Below, in pieces: positions 13,401 to 28,053 of a DNA stretch of 64,000 nucleotides. This DNA is from Eledone cirrhosa (lineage: Eukaryota), in NCBI GenBank assembly GCA_964016885.1, contig OZ024740.1, forward strand, positions 318,742,001 through 318,806,000, written 5' to 3'. Position numbers and translations under genes: made by a program. The notes below the pieces were generated by a model. It ran no database searches and was not told where the DNA came from. It saw only the letters and a program-made list of their open reading frames with translations. Numbering within the stretch: the first letter of the stretch is position 1; every line of letters starts with the position of its first letter.

Positions 13401-16400
13401 GTATTTCTACTACAATACTCACAACAAATAAACCAGTATCGTCTCGTCTATTTCCACAACTTACATTCTATCTTACATACTAACGACTCTACCAATTCGA
13501 AGTCTTTCTACTACAATACTAACTTTAAACAATCCAGGATTGTCTCCTCTATTTCCACAACTTACATTCTATCTGACATTCTAACGACTCTACCCATTCG
13601 CTGTATTTCTACTACAATACTAACTTTAAATAATCCATATTGTCTCGTCTATTTCCACAACTTACATTCTATCTGATATTCTAACGACTCTACCAATTCG
13701 AAGTCTTTCTACTACAATACTAACTTTAGATAATCCAGGATTGTCTCCTCTATTTCCACAACTTACATTCTATCTGACATTCTAACGACTCTACCAATTC
13801 GATGTGTTTCTACTACAATACTCACAACAAATAATCCAGGATTGTCTCGTCTATCTCCAGACCTTACATTCTATCTAACATTCTAACGACTCTACCAGTT
13901 CGCTGTATTTCTACTACAATACTAACTTTAAACAATCCAGGATTGTCTCCTCTATTTCCACAACTTACATTCTATCTGACATTCTAACGACTCTACCTAT
14001 TCGCTGTATTTCTACTACAATACTAACTTCAAATAATCCAGGATTGTCTTATCTATTTCCACAACTTACATTCTATCTGATATTAGAACGAATCTACCAA
14101 TTCGAAGTCTTTCTACTACAATACTAACGCCAAATAATCCAGGATTGTCTCGTCTATTTCCACAACTTACATTCTATCTGACATTCTAACGACTCTTCCA
14201 ATTCGAAGTCTTTCTACTACAATACTCACAACAAATATTCCAGGATTGTCTGGTCTATTTCCACAACTTACATTCTATCTGACATTCTAACGACTCTACC
14301 AATTCGAAGTCTTTCTACTACAATACTAACTTTAAATAATCCAGGATTGTCTCCTCTATTTCCACAACTTACATATTATCTGAAATTCTAACGACTCTAC
14401 CAATTCGATGTCTTTCTACTACAATTCTCACAACAAATAATCCAGGTTTGTATAGTCTATTTCTACAACTTAAATTCCATCTGACATTCTAACGACTCTA
14501 CCAATTAGAAGTCTTTCTGCTACAATACTCACAACAAATAATCCAGCATTGTCTCGTCTATTTCCACAACTCACATTCTATCTGACATTCTAAAGACTCT
14601 ACCAATTCGCTGTATTTCTACTACAATACTAACTTCAAATAATCCAGGATTGTCTCGTCTATTTCCACAACTTACATTCTATCTGACATTCTAACGACTC
14701 TACCAATTCGAAGTCTTTCTACTACAATACTAACTTTAAATAATCCAGGATTGTCTCCTCTATTTCAACAACTTACATTCTATCTTACGTTCTAACGACT
14801 CTACGAATCCGATGTGTTTCTACTATAATACTCACAACAAATAATCCAGGATTGTCTCGTCTATCTCCAGACATTACATTCTATCTGACATTCTAACGAC
14901 TCTACCAGTTCGCTGTATTTCTACTACAATACTAACTCCAAATAATCCAGGATTGTCTCGTCTATTTCCACAACTTACATTCTATCTGACATTCTAACGA
15001 CTCTACCTATTCGCTGTATTTCTACTACAATACTCACAACAAATAATCCAGCATTGTCTCGTCTATTTCCACAACTCACATTCTATCTGACATTCTAACG
15101 ACTCTACCAATTCGCTGTATTTCTACTACAATACTAACGTCAAATAATCCAGGATTGTCTCGTCCATTTCCACAACTTACATTCTATCTGACATTCTAAC
15201 GACTCTACCAATTCGAAGTCTATCTATTACAATACTAACAACAAATAATCTAGGATTGTCTCGTCTATTTCCACAACTTACATTCAATCTGACATTCTAA
15301 CGACTCTACCAATTCGAAGTCTTTCTACTACAATACTCACAACAAATAATCCAGGATTGTCTCATCTATTTCCACACCTTACATTCTATCTGACATTCTA
15401 ACGACTCGACCCATTCGCTGTATTTCTACTACAATACTAACTTCAAATAATCCAGGATTGTCACGTCTATCTCCACACCTTACATTCTATCTGACATTCT
15501 AACGACTCTACCAGTTCGCTGTATTTCTACTACAATACTCACAACAAATAAACCAGTATCGTCTCGTCTATTTCCACAACTTACATTCTATCTTACATAC
15601 TAACGACTCTACCAATTCGAAGTCTTTCTACTACAATACTAACTTTAAACAATCCAGGATTGTCTCCTCTATTTCCACAACTTACATTCTATCTGACATT
15701 CTAACGACTCTACCCATTCGCTGTATTTCTACTACAATACTAACTTTAAATAATCCATATTGTCTCGTCTATTTCCACAACTTACATTCTATCTGATATT
15801 CCAACGACTCTACCAATTCGAAGTCTTTCTACTACAATACTAACTTTAAATAATCCAGGATTGTCTCCTCTATTTCCACAACTTACATTCTATCTGACAT
15901 TCTAACGACTCTACCAATTCGATGTGTTTCTACTACAATACTCACAACAAATAATCCAGGATTGTCTCGTCTATCTCCAGACCTTACATTCTATCTAACA
16001 TTCTAACGACTCTACCAGTTCGCTGTATTTCTACTACAATACTAACTTTAAACAATCCAGGATTGTCTCCTCTATTTCCACAACTTACATTCTATCTGAC
16101 ATTCTAACGACTCTACCTATTCGCTGTATTTCTACTACAATACTAACTTCAAATAATCCAGGATTGTCTTATCTATTTCCACAACTTACATTCTATCTGA
16201 TATTAGAACGAATCTACCAATTCGAAGTCTTTCTACTACAATACTAACGCCAAATAATCCAGGATTGTCTCGTCTATTTCCACAACTTACATTCTATCTG
16301 ACATTCTAACGACTCTTCCAATTCGAAGTCTTTCTACTACAATACTCACAACAAATATTCCAGGATTGTCTGGTCTATTTCCACAACTTACATTCTATCT

Positions 16401-18885
16401 GACATTCTAACGACTCTACCAATTCGAAGTCTTTCTACTACAATACTAACTTTAAATAATCCAGGATTGTCTCCTCTATTTCCACAACTTACATATTATC
16501 TGAAATTCTAACGACTCTACCAATTCGATGTCTTTCTACTACAATTCTCACAACAAATAATCCAGGTTTGTATAGTCTATTTCTACAACTTAAATTCCAT
16601 CTGACATTCTAACGACTCTACCAATTAGAAGTCTTTCTGCTACAATACTCACAACAAATAATCCAGCATTGTCTCGTCTATTTCCACAACTCACATTCTA
16701 TCTGACATTCTAAAGACTCTACCAATTCGCTGTATTTCTACTACAATACTAACTTCAAATAATCCAGGATTGTCTCGTCTATTTCCACAACTTACATTCT
16801 ATCTGACATTCTAACGACTCTACCAATTCGAAGTCTTTCTACTACAATACTAACTTTAAATAATCCAGGATTGTCTCCTCTATTTCAACAACTTACATTC
16901 TATCTTACGTTCTAACGACTCTACGAATCCGATGTGTTTCTACTATAATACTCACAACAAATAATCCAGGATTGTCTCGTCTATCTCCAGACATTACATT
17001 CTATCTGACATTCTAACGACTCTACCAGTTCGCTGTATTTCTACTACAATACTAACTCCAAATAATCCAGGATTGTCTCGTCTATTTCCACAACTTACAT
17101 TCTATCTGACATTCTAACGACTCTACCTATTCGCTGTATTTCTACTACAATACTCACAACAAATAATCCAGCATTGTCTCGTCTATTTCCACAACTCACA
17201 TTCTATCTGACATTCTAACGACTCTACCAATTCGCTGTATTTCTACTACAATACTAACGTCAAATAATCCAGGATTGTCTCGTCCATTTCCACAACTTAC
17301 ATTCTATCTGACATTCTAACGACTCTACCAATTCGAAGTCTATCTATTACAATACTAACAACAAATAATCTAGGATTGTCTCGTCTATTTCCACAACTTA
17401 CATTCAATCTGACATTCTAACGACTCTACCAATTCGAAGTCTTTCTACTACAATACTCACAACAAATAATCCAGGATTGTCTCATCTATTTCCACACCTT
17501 ACATTCTATCTGACATTCTAACGACTCGACCCATTCGCTGTATTTCTACTACAATACTAACTTCAAATAATCCAGGATTGTCACGTCTATCTCCACACCT
17601 TACATTCTATCTGACATTCTAACGACTCTACCAGTTCGCTGTATTTCTACTACAATACTCACAACAAATAAACCAGTATCGTCTCGTCTATTTCCACAAC
17701 TTACATTCTATCTTACATACTAACGACTCTACCAATTCGAAGTCTTTCTACTACAATACTAACTTTAAACAATCCAGGATTGTCTCCTCTATTTCCACAA
17801 CTTACATTCTATCTGACATTCTAACGACTCTACCCATTCGCTGTATTTCTACTACAATACTAACTTTAAATAATCCATATTGTCTCGTCTATTTCCACAA
17901 CTTACATTCTATCTGATATTCCAACGACTCTACCAATTCGAAGTCTTTCTACTACAATACTAACTTTAAATAATCCAGGATTGTCTCCTCTATTTCCACA
18001 ACTTACATTCTATCTGACATTCTAACGACTCTACCAATTCGATGTGTTTCTACTACAATACTCACAACAAATAATCCAGGATTGTCTCGTCTATCTCCAG
18101 ACCTTACATTCTATCTAACATTCTAACGACTCTACCAGTTCGCTGTATTTCTACTACAATACTAACTTTAAACAATCCAGGATTGTCTCCTCTATTTCCA
18201 CAACTTACATTCTATCTGACATTCTAACGACTCTACCCATTCGCTGTATTTCTACTACAATACTAACTTCAAATAATCCAGGATTGTCTTATCTATTTCC
18301 ACAACTTACATTCTATCTGATATTCGAACGAATCTACCAATTCGAAGTCTTTCTACTACAATACTAACGCCAAATAATCCAGGATTGTCTCGTCTATTTC
18401 CACAACTTACTTTCTATCTGACATTCTAACGACTCTTCCAATTCGAAGTCTTTCTTCTACAATACTCACAACAAATATTCCAGGATTGTCTGGTCTATTT
18501 CCACAACTTACATTCTATCTGACATTCTAACGACTCTACCAATTCGAAGTCTTTCTACTACAATACTAACTTTAAATAATCCAGGATTGTCTCCTCTATT
18601 TCCACAACTTACATATTATCTGAAATTCTAACGACTCTACCAATTCGATGTCTTTCTACTACAATTCTCACAACAAATAATCCAGGTTTGTATTGTCTAT
18701 TTCTACAACTTTAATTCTATCTGACATTCTAACGACTCTACCAATTAGAAGTCTTTCTGCTACAATACTCACAACAAATAATCCAGCATTGTCTCGTCTA
18801 TTTCCACAACTCACATTCTATCTGACATTCTAAAGACTCTACCAATTCGCTGTATTTCTACTACAATACTAACTTCAAATAATCC
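8556..18885 (+). repeat. 21-monomer (2120 bp) higher-order repeat, about 5 copies, one copy shortened to 19 monomers
   Basis: TACGAATCCGATG at 8644, 10763, 12682, 14802 and 16922 (spacings 2119, 1919, 2120, 2120). Other markers (CTCGACCC, AAACCAGTATCG, CAGGTTTGTA, CATTCAATCTG) follow in the same order. Confidence 0.95.
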
Positions 18886-19469
18886 TGGATTGTCTCGTCT
18901 ATTTCCACAACTTACTTTCTATCTGACTTTCTAACGACTGTACCAATTCGAAGTTTTTCTACTACAATGCTAACAACAAATAATCTAGGATTGTCTCGTC
19001 TATCTCCACAACTTACATTTTCTCTGACATTCTAACGACTCTACCAATTCGATGTGTTTCTACTACAATACTCACAACAAATAATCCAGGATTGTCTCGT
19101 CTATCTCCACAACTTACGTTATATCTGACATTCTAACGACTCTACCAATTCGAATTCTTTATATTACAATACTCACAACAAATAATCCACGACTGTCTCG
19201 TCTATTTCCACTACTTACATTCTATCTGACATTCTAACGACTCTACCAATTCGATGTGTTTCTACTACAATACTCACGACAAATAATCCAGGATTGTCTC
19301 GTCTATCTCCAGACCTTACATTCCATCTGACATTCTAACGACTCTACCAGTTCGCTGTATTTCTACTACAAAACTAACTTCAAATAATCCAGGATTGTCT
19401 CGTCTATTTCCACAACTTACATTCTATCTGACATTCTAACGACTCTACCAGTTCGCTGTATTTCTACTA

Positions 19470-20335
19470 CAATACTAACTTCAAATAATCCAGGATTGTC
19501 TCGTCTACTTCCACAAGTTACATTGTATCTGATATTGTAACGACTCTACCAATTCGAAGTCTTTCTACTACAATACTCACAACAAATAATCCAGGATTGT
19601 CTCGTCTATCTCCAGACCTTACATTCTATCTAACATTCTAACGACTCTACCAGTTCGCTGTATTTCTACTACAATACTAACTTTAAACAATCCAGGATTG
19701 TCTCCTCTATTTCCACAACTTACATTCTATCTGACATTCTAACGACTCTACCCATTCGCTGTATTTCTACTACAATACTAACTTCAAATAATCCAGGATT
19801 GTCTTATCTATTTCCACAACTTACATTCTATCTGATATTCGAACGAATCTACCAATTCGAAGTCTTTCTACTACAATACTAACTTTAAACAATCCAGGAT
19901 TGTCTCCTCTATTTCCACAACTTACATTCTATCTGACATTCTAACGACTCTACCCATTCGCTGTATTTCTACTACAATACTAACTTCAAATAATCCAGGA
20001 TTGTCTCGTCTACTTCCACAAGTTACATTGTATCTGATATTGTAACGACTCTACCAATTCGAAGTCTTTCTACTACAATACTCACAACAAATAATCCAGG
20101 ATTGTCTCATCTATCTCCAGACCTTACATTCTATCTAACATTCTAACGACTCTACCAGTTCGCTGTATTTCTACTACAATACTAACTTTAAACAATCCAG
20201 GATTGTATCGTCTATTTCCACAACTTACATTCTATCTGACATTCTAACGACTCTACCCATTCGCTGTATTTCTACTACAATACTAACTTCAAATAATCCA
20301 GGATTGTCTTATCTATTTCCACAACTTACATTCTA
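19470..20335 (+). repeat. 5-monomer (505 bp) partial tandem duplication
   Basis: CCACAAGTTACATTGTATCTGATATTGTAACG at 19511 and 20016, each followed by the same monomer series with a few differences. Confidence 0.8.
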
Positions 20336-22084
20336 TCTCACATTCTAACGACTCTACCAATTCGAAGTCTTTCTACTACAATACTCACAACAAATAATCC
20401 AGGATTGTCTCGTCTATTTCCACAACTTACATTCTATCTGGCATTCTAATGACTCTACCAATTCGCTGTCTTTCTACTACAATACTCACAACAAATAATC
20501 CATATTGTCTCGTCTATTTCCACAACTTACATTCTATCTGACATTCAAACGACTCTATCAATTCGAAGTATTTCTACTACAATACTAACTTTAAATAATC
20601 CAGGATTGTCTCCTCTATTTCCACAATTTACATTTTATCTGAAATTCTAACGACTCTACCAATTCGATGTCTTTCTACTACAATACTCACAACAAATAAT
20701 CCAGGATTGTATAGTCTATTTCTACAACTTACATTCTATCTGACATTCTAACGACTCTACCAATTCGAAGTCTTTCTGCTACAATACTCACAACAAATAA
20801 TCAAGGATTGTCTCGTCTATTTCCACACCTTACATTCTATCTGACATTCTATCGACTCTACCTATTCGCTGTATTTCTACTACAATACTCACAACAAATA
20901 ATCCAGCATTGTCTCGTCTATTTCCACAACTCACATTCTATCTGACATTCTAACGACTCTATCACTTCGAATTCTTTATATTACAATACTCACAACAAAC
21001 AATCCACGACTGTCTCGTCTATTTCCACAACTTACATTCTATCTGACATTCTAACGACTCTACCAGTTCGCTGTATTTCAACTACAATACTCACAACAAA
21101 TAATCCATATTGTCTCGTCTATTTCCACAACTTACATTCTATCTGACATTCAAACGACTCTATCAATTCGAAGTCTTTCTACTACAATACTAACGCCAAA
21201 TAATCCAGGATTGTCTCGTCTATTTCCACAACTTACTTTCTATCTGACATTCTAACGACTCTACCAATTCGAAGTCTTTCTACTACAATACTCACAACAA
21301 ATATTCCAGGATTGTCTCGTCTATATCCACAACTTACATTCTATCTGACATTCTAACGACTCTACCAATTCGAAGTCTTTCTACTACAATACTAACTTTA
21401 AATAATCCAGGATTGTCTCCTCTATTTCCACAACTTACATACTATCTGACATTCTAACGACTCTACCTATTCGCTGTATTTCTACTACAATACTCACAAC
21501 AAATAATCCAGCATTGTCTCGTCTATTTCCACAACTCACATTCTATCTGACATTCTAACGACTCTATCAATTCGAAGTCTTTCTACTACAATACTAACGT
21601 CAAATAATCCAGGATCGTCTCGTCTATTTCCACAACTTACATTCTATCTGACATTCTAACGACTCTACCAATTCGAAGTCTTTCTACTATAATACTAACA
21701 ACAAATAATCTGGGATTGTCTCGACTATTTCCACAACATACATTCTATCTGACATTCTAACGACTCTACCAATTCGAAGTTTTTCTACTACAATACTAAC
21801 AACAAATAATCAAGGATTGTATCGTCTATTTCCACAACTTACATTCTATCTGACATTCTAACGACTCTACCCATTCGCTGTATTTCTACTATAATACTAA
21901 CTTCAAATAATCCAGGATTGTCTCCTCTATTTCCACAACTTACATTCTATGTCACATTCTAACGAGTCTACCAATTCGCTGTGTTTCTACTACAATACTC
22001 ACAACAAATAAACCAGGATTGTCTCCTCTATTTCCACAACTTACATTCTATCTGACATTCTAACGACTCTACCAATTCGCTGTC

Positions 22085-24122
22085 TTTCTACTACAATACT
22101 AACTTCAAATAATCCAGGATTGTATCGGCTATTTCCACAACTTACATTCTATCTGACATTCTAACGACTCTACCAATTCGCTGTCTTTCTACTACAATAC
22201 TAACAACATATAATCTAGGATTGTCTCGACTATTTCCACAACTTACATTCTATCTGACATTCTAACGACTCTAACAATTCGAAGTCTTTCTACTACAATA
22301 CTCACAACAAATAATCCAGGATTGTCTCATCTATTTCCACAACTTACATTCTATCTGACATTCTAACGACTCTACCAATTCGATGTGTTTCTACTACAAT
22401 ACTCACGTCAAATAATCCAGGATTGTCTCGTCTATCTCCAGACCTTACATTCTATCTGACATTCTAACGACTCTACCAGTTCGCTGTATTTCTACTACAA
22501 TACTCACAACAAATAATCCAGGATTGTCTCGTCTATTTCCACAACTTACATTCTATCTCACATTCTAACGTGTCTACCAATTCGAAGTCTTTCTACTACA
22601 ATACTAACTTTAAATAATCCAGGATTGTCTCCTCTATTTCCACAACTTACATTCTATCTGACATTGAAACGACTCTACCAATTCGATGTCTTTGTACTAC
22701 AATACTCACAAAAAAATAATCCAGGATTGTATCGTCTTTTTCCACAACTTACATTCTATCTGACATTCTAACGACTCTACCAATTCGCTGTATTTCTACT
22801 ACAATACTAACTTCAATTAGTCCAGGATTGTCTCATCTATTTCCACAACTTACATTCTATCTGATATTCGAACGACTCTACCAATTCGAAGTCTTTCTAC
22901 TACAATACTAACAACAAATAATGCAGGATTATCTCGTCTATTTCCACAACTTACATTCTATCTGACATTCTAACGACTCTACCAATTCGAAGTCTTTCTA
23001 TTACAATACTCACAAAAAATAATCCAGGATTGTCTCGTCTATTTCCACAACTTACATTCTATCTGACATTCTAACGACTCTACGAATTCGCTGTGTTTCT
23101 ACTACAATACTAACTTCAAATAATCCAGGATTGTATCGGCTATTTCCACAACTTACATTCTATCTGACATTCTAACGACTCTACCAATTCGCTGTCTTTC
23201 TACTACAATACTAACAACATATAATCTAGGATTGTCTCGACTATTTCCACAACTTACATTCTATCTGACATTCTAACGACTCTAACAATTCGAAGTCTTT
23301 CTACTACAATACTCACAACAAATAATCCAGGATTGTCTCATCTATTTCCACAACTTACATTCTATCTGACATTCTAACGACTCTACCAATTCGATGTGTT
23401 TCTACTACAATACTCACGTCAAATAATCCAGGATTGTCTCGTCTATCTCCAGACCTTACATTCTATCTGACATTCTAACGACTCTACCAGTTCGCTGTAT
23501 TTCTACTACAATACTCACAACAAATAATCCAGGATTGTCTCGTCTATTTCCACAACTTACATTCTATCTCACATTCTAACGTGTCTACCAATTCGAAGTC
23601 TTTCTACTACAATACTAACTTTAAATAATCCAGGATTGTCTCCTCTATTTCCACAACTTACATTCTATCTGACATTGAAACGACTCTACCAATTCGATGT
23701 CTTTGTACTACAATACTCACAAAAAAATAATCCAGGATTGTATCGTCTTTTTCCACAACTTACATTCTATCTGACATTCTAACGACTCTACCAATTCGCT
23801 GTATTTCTACTACAATACTAACTTCAATTAGTCCAGGATTGTCTCATCTATTTCCACAACTTACATTCTATCTGATATTCGAACGACTCTACCAATTCGA
23901 AGTCTTTCTACTACAATACTAACAACAAATAATGCAGGATTATCTCGTCTATTTCCACAACTTACATTCTATCTGACATTCTAACGACTCTACCAATTCG
24001 AAGTCTTTCTATTACAATACTCACAAAAAATAATCCAGGATTGTCTCGTCTATTTCCACAACTTACATTCTATCTGACATTCTAACGACTCTACGAATTC
24101 GCTGTGTTTCTACTACAATACT
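22085..24122 (+). repeat. 10-monomer (1011 bp) tandem duplication
   Basis: TGTATCGGCT at 22121/23132. The unit includes one 102 bp monomer (CACAAAAAAATAAT). Confidence 0.92.
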
Positions 24123-26427
24123 CACAACAAACAATCCAGGATTGTCTCGTCTATTTCTACAACTTACATTCTATGTGACATTAAAACGACTCTATCAATT
24201 CGAAGTCTTTCTACTACAATACTAACGTCAAATAATCCAGGATTGTCTCGTCTATTTCCACAACTTACGTTCTATCTGACATTCTAACGACTCTACCAAT
24301 TCGAATTCTTTATATTACAATACTCACAACAAATAATCCACGACTGTCTCGTCTATTTCCACAACTTACATTCTATCTGACATTCTAACGACTCTACCAA
24401 TTCGATGTGTTTCTACTACAATACTCACGACAAATAATCCAGGATTGTGTCGTCTATTTCCACAACTTACATTCTATCTGACATTCTAACGACTCTACGA
24501 ATTCGCTGTCTTTCTACTACAATGCTCACAAAAAATAATCCACGACTGTCTCGTCTATTTCCACAACTTACATTCTATCTGACATTCTAACGACTCTACC
24601 AATTCGAAATCTTTCTACTACAATACTCACAACAAACAATCCAGGATTGTCTCGTCTATTTCTACAACTTACATTCTATGTGACATTCAAACGACTCTAT
24701 CAATTCGAAGTCTTTCTACTACAATACTAACGTCAAATGATCCAGGATTGTCTCGTCTATTTCCACAACTTACGTTCTATCTGACATTCTAACGACTCTA
24801 CCTATTCGAATTCTTTCTATTACAATACTCACAACAAATAATCCAGGATTATCTCGTCTATTTCCACAACTTACATTCTATCTGACATTCTAACAACTCT
24901 ACGAATTCGCTGTCTTTCTACTACAATGCTCACAACAAATAATCCACGACTGTCTCGTCTATTTCCACAACTTACATTCTATCTGACATTCTAACGACTC
25001 TACCAATTCGAAGTCTTTCTACTACAATACTAACTTTAAATAATCCAGGATTGTCTCCTCTATTTCCACAACTTACATTCTATCTGACATTGAAACGACT
25101 CTACCAATTCGATGTCTTTGTACTACAATACTCACAAAAAAATAATCCAGGATTGTATCGTCTTTTTCCACAACTTACATTCTATCTGACATTCTAACGA
25201 CTCTACCAATTCGCTGTATTTCTACTACAATACTAACTTCAATTAGTCCAGGATTGTCTCATCTATTTCCACAACTTACATTCTATCTGATATTCGAACG
25301 ACTCTACCAATTCGAAGTCTTTCTACTACAATACTAACAACAAATAATGCAGGATTATCTCGTCTATTTCCACAACTTACATTCTATCTGACATTCTAAC
25401 GACTCTACCAATTCGAAGTCTTTCTATTACAATACTCACAAAAAATAATCCAGGATTGTCTCGTCTATTTCCACAACTTACATTCTATCTGACATTCTAA
25501 CGACTCTACGAATTCGCTGTGTTTCTACTACAATACTCACAACAAACAATCCAGGATTGTCTCGTCTATTTCTACAACTTACATTCTATGTGACATTAAA
25601 ACGACTCTATCAATTCGAAGTCTTTCTACTACAATACTAACGTCAAATAATCCAGGATTGTCTCGTCTATTTCCACAACTTACGTTCTATCTGACATTCT
25701 AACGACTCTACCAATTCGAATTCTTTATATTACAATACTCACAACAAATAATCCACGACTGTCTCGTCTATTTCCACAACTTACATTCTATCTGACATTC
25801 TAACGACTCTACCAATTCGATGTGTTTCTACTACAATACTCACGACAAATAATCCAGGATTGTGTCGTCTATTTCCACAACTTACATTCTATCTGACATT
25901 CTAACGACTCTACGAATTCGCTGTCTTTCTACTACAATGCTCACAAAAAATAATCCACGACTGTCTCGTCTATTTCCACAACTTACATTCTATCTGACAT
26001 TCTAACGACTCTACCAATTCGAAATCTTTCTACTACAATACTCACAACAAACAATCCAGGATTGTCTCGTCTATTTCTACAACTTACATTCTATGTGACA
26101 TTCAAACGACTCTATCAATTCGAAGTCTTTCTACTACAATACTAACGTCAAATGATCCAGGATTGTCTCGTCTATTTCCACAACTTACGTTCTATCTGAC
26201 ATTCTAACGACTCTACCTATTCGAATTCTTTCTATTACAATACTCACAACAAATAATCCAGGATTATCTCGTCTATTTCCACAACTTACATTCTATCTGA
26301 CATTCTAACAACTCTACGAATTCGCTGTCTTTCTACTACAATGCTCACAACAAATAATCCACGACTGTCTCGTCTATTTCCACAACTTACATTCTATCTG
26401 ACATTCTAACGACTCTACCAATTCGAA
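23584..26427 (+). repeat. 14-monomer (1415 bp) tandem duplication overlapping the preceding 10-mer
   Basis: TTGAAACG at 23675/25090 and AATGATCCAG at 24736/26151 (offset 1415). Confidence 0.92.
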
Positions 26428-28053
26428 ATCTTTCTACTACAATACTCACAACAAACAATCCAGGATTGTCTCGTCTATTTCTACAAACTTACATTCTATT
26501 TGACATTCAAACGACTCTATCAATTCGAAGTCTTTCTACTACAATACTAACTTCAAATAATCCAGGATTGTCTCCTCTATTTCCACAACTTACATTCTAT
26601 GTCACATTCTAACGAGTCTACCAATTCGCTGTATTTCTACTACAATACTAACTTCAAATAATCCAGGATTGTCTCGTCTATTTCCACAACTTACATTCTA
26701 TCTGACTTTCTAACGACTCTACCAATTCGAAGTTTTTCTACTACAATGCTAACAACAAATAATCTAGGATTGTCTCGTCTATCTCCACAACTTACATTTT
26801 CTCTGACATTCTAACGACTCTACCAATTCGATGTGTTTCTACTACAATACTCACAACAAATAATCCAGGATTGTCTTGTCTATCTCCAGACCTTACATTC
26901 TATCTGACATTCTAACGACTCTACCAGTTCGCTGTATTTCTACTACAATACTAACTTCAAATAATCCAGGATTGTCTCGTCTATTTCCACAACTTACATT
27001 CTATCTGACATTCTAACGACTCTACCTATTCGCTGTATTTCTACTACAATACTCACAACAAATAATCCAGCATTGTCTCGTCTATTTCCACAACTCACAT
27101 TCTATCTGACATTCTAACAACTCTATCAATTCGAAGTCTTTCTACTACAATACTAACGTCAAATAATCCAGGATCGTCTCGTCTATTTCCACAACTTACA
27201 TTCTATCTGACATTCTAACGACTCTACCAATTCGAAGTCTTTCTACTACAATACTAACAACAAATAATCTGGGATTGTCTAGTCTATTTCCACAACATAC
27301 ATTCTATCTGACATTCTAACGACTCTACCAATTCGAAGTTTTTCTACTACAATACTCCCAACAAATAATCAAGGATTGTATCGTCTATTTCCACAACTTA
27401 CATTCTATCTGACATTCTAACGACTCTACCAATTCGCTGTATTTCTACTACAATACTAACAACAAATAATCTAGGATTGTCTCGTCTATTTCCACAACTT
27501 ACGTTCTATCTGACATTCTAACGACTCTAACAATTCGAAGTCTTTCTACTACAATACTCACAACAAATAATCCAGGATTGTCTCATCTATTTCCACAACT
27601 TACATTCTATCTGACATTCTAACGACTCTACCAATTCGATGTGTTTCTACTACAATACTCACAACAAACAATCCAGGATTATCTCGTCTATCTCCAGACC
27701 TTACATTCTATCTGACATCCTAACGACTCTACCAGTTCGCTGTATTTCTACTACAATACTAACGTCAAATAATCAAGGATTGTCTCCTCTATTTCCACAA
27801 CTTACATTCTATCTGACATTCTAACGACTCTAACAATTCGATGTCTTTCTACTACAATACTCACAACAAATAATCCAGGATTGTATCGTCTATTTCTACA
27901 ACTTACATTCTATCTGACATTCTATCGACTCTACCAATTCGAAGTCTTTCTGCTACAATACTCACAACAAATAATCCAGGATTGTCTCGTCTATTTCCAC
28001 AACTTATATTCTATCTGATATTCTAACGACTCTACCAATTCGAAGTCTTTCCA

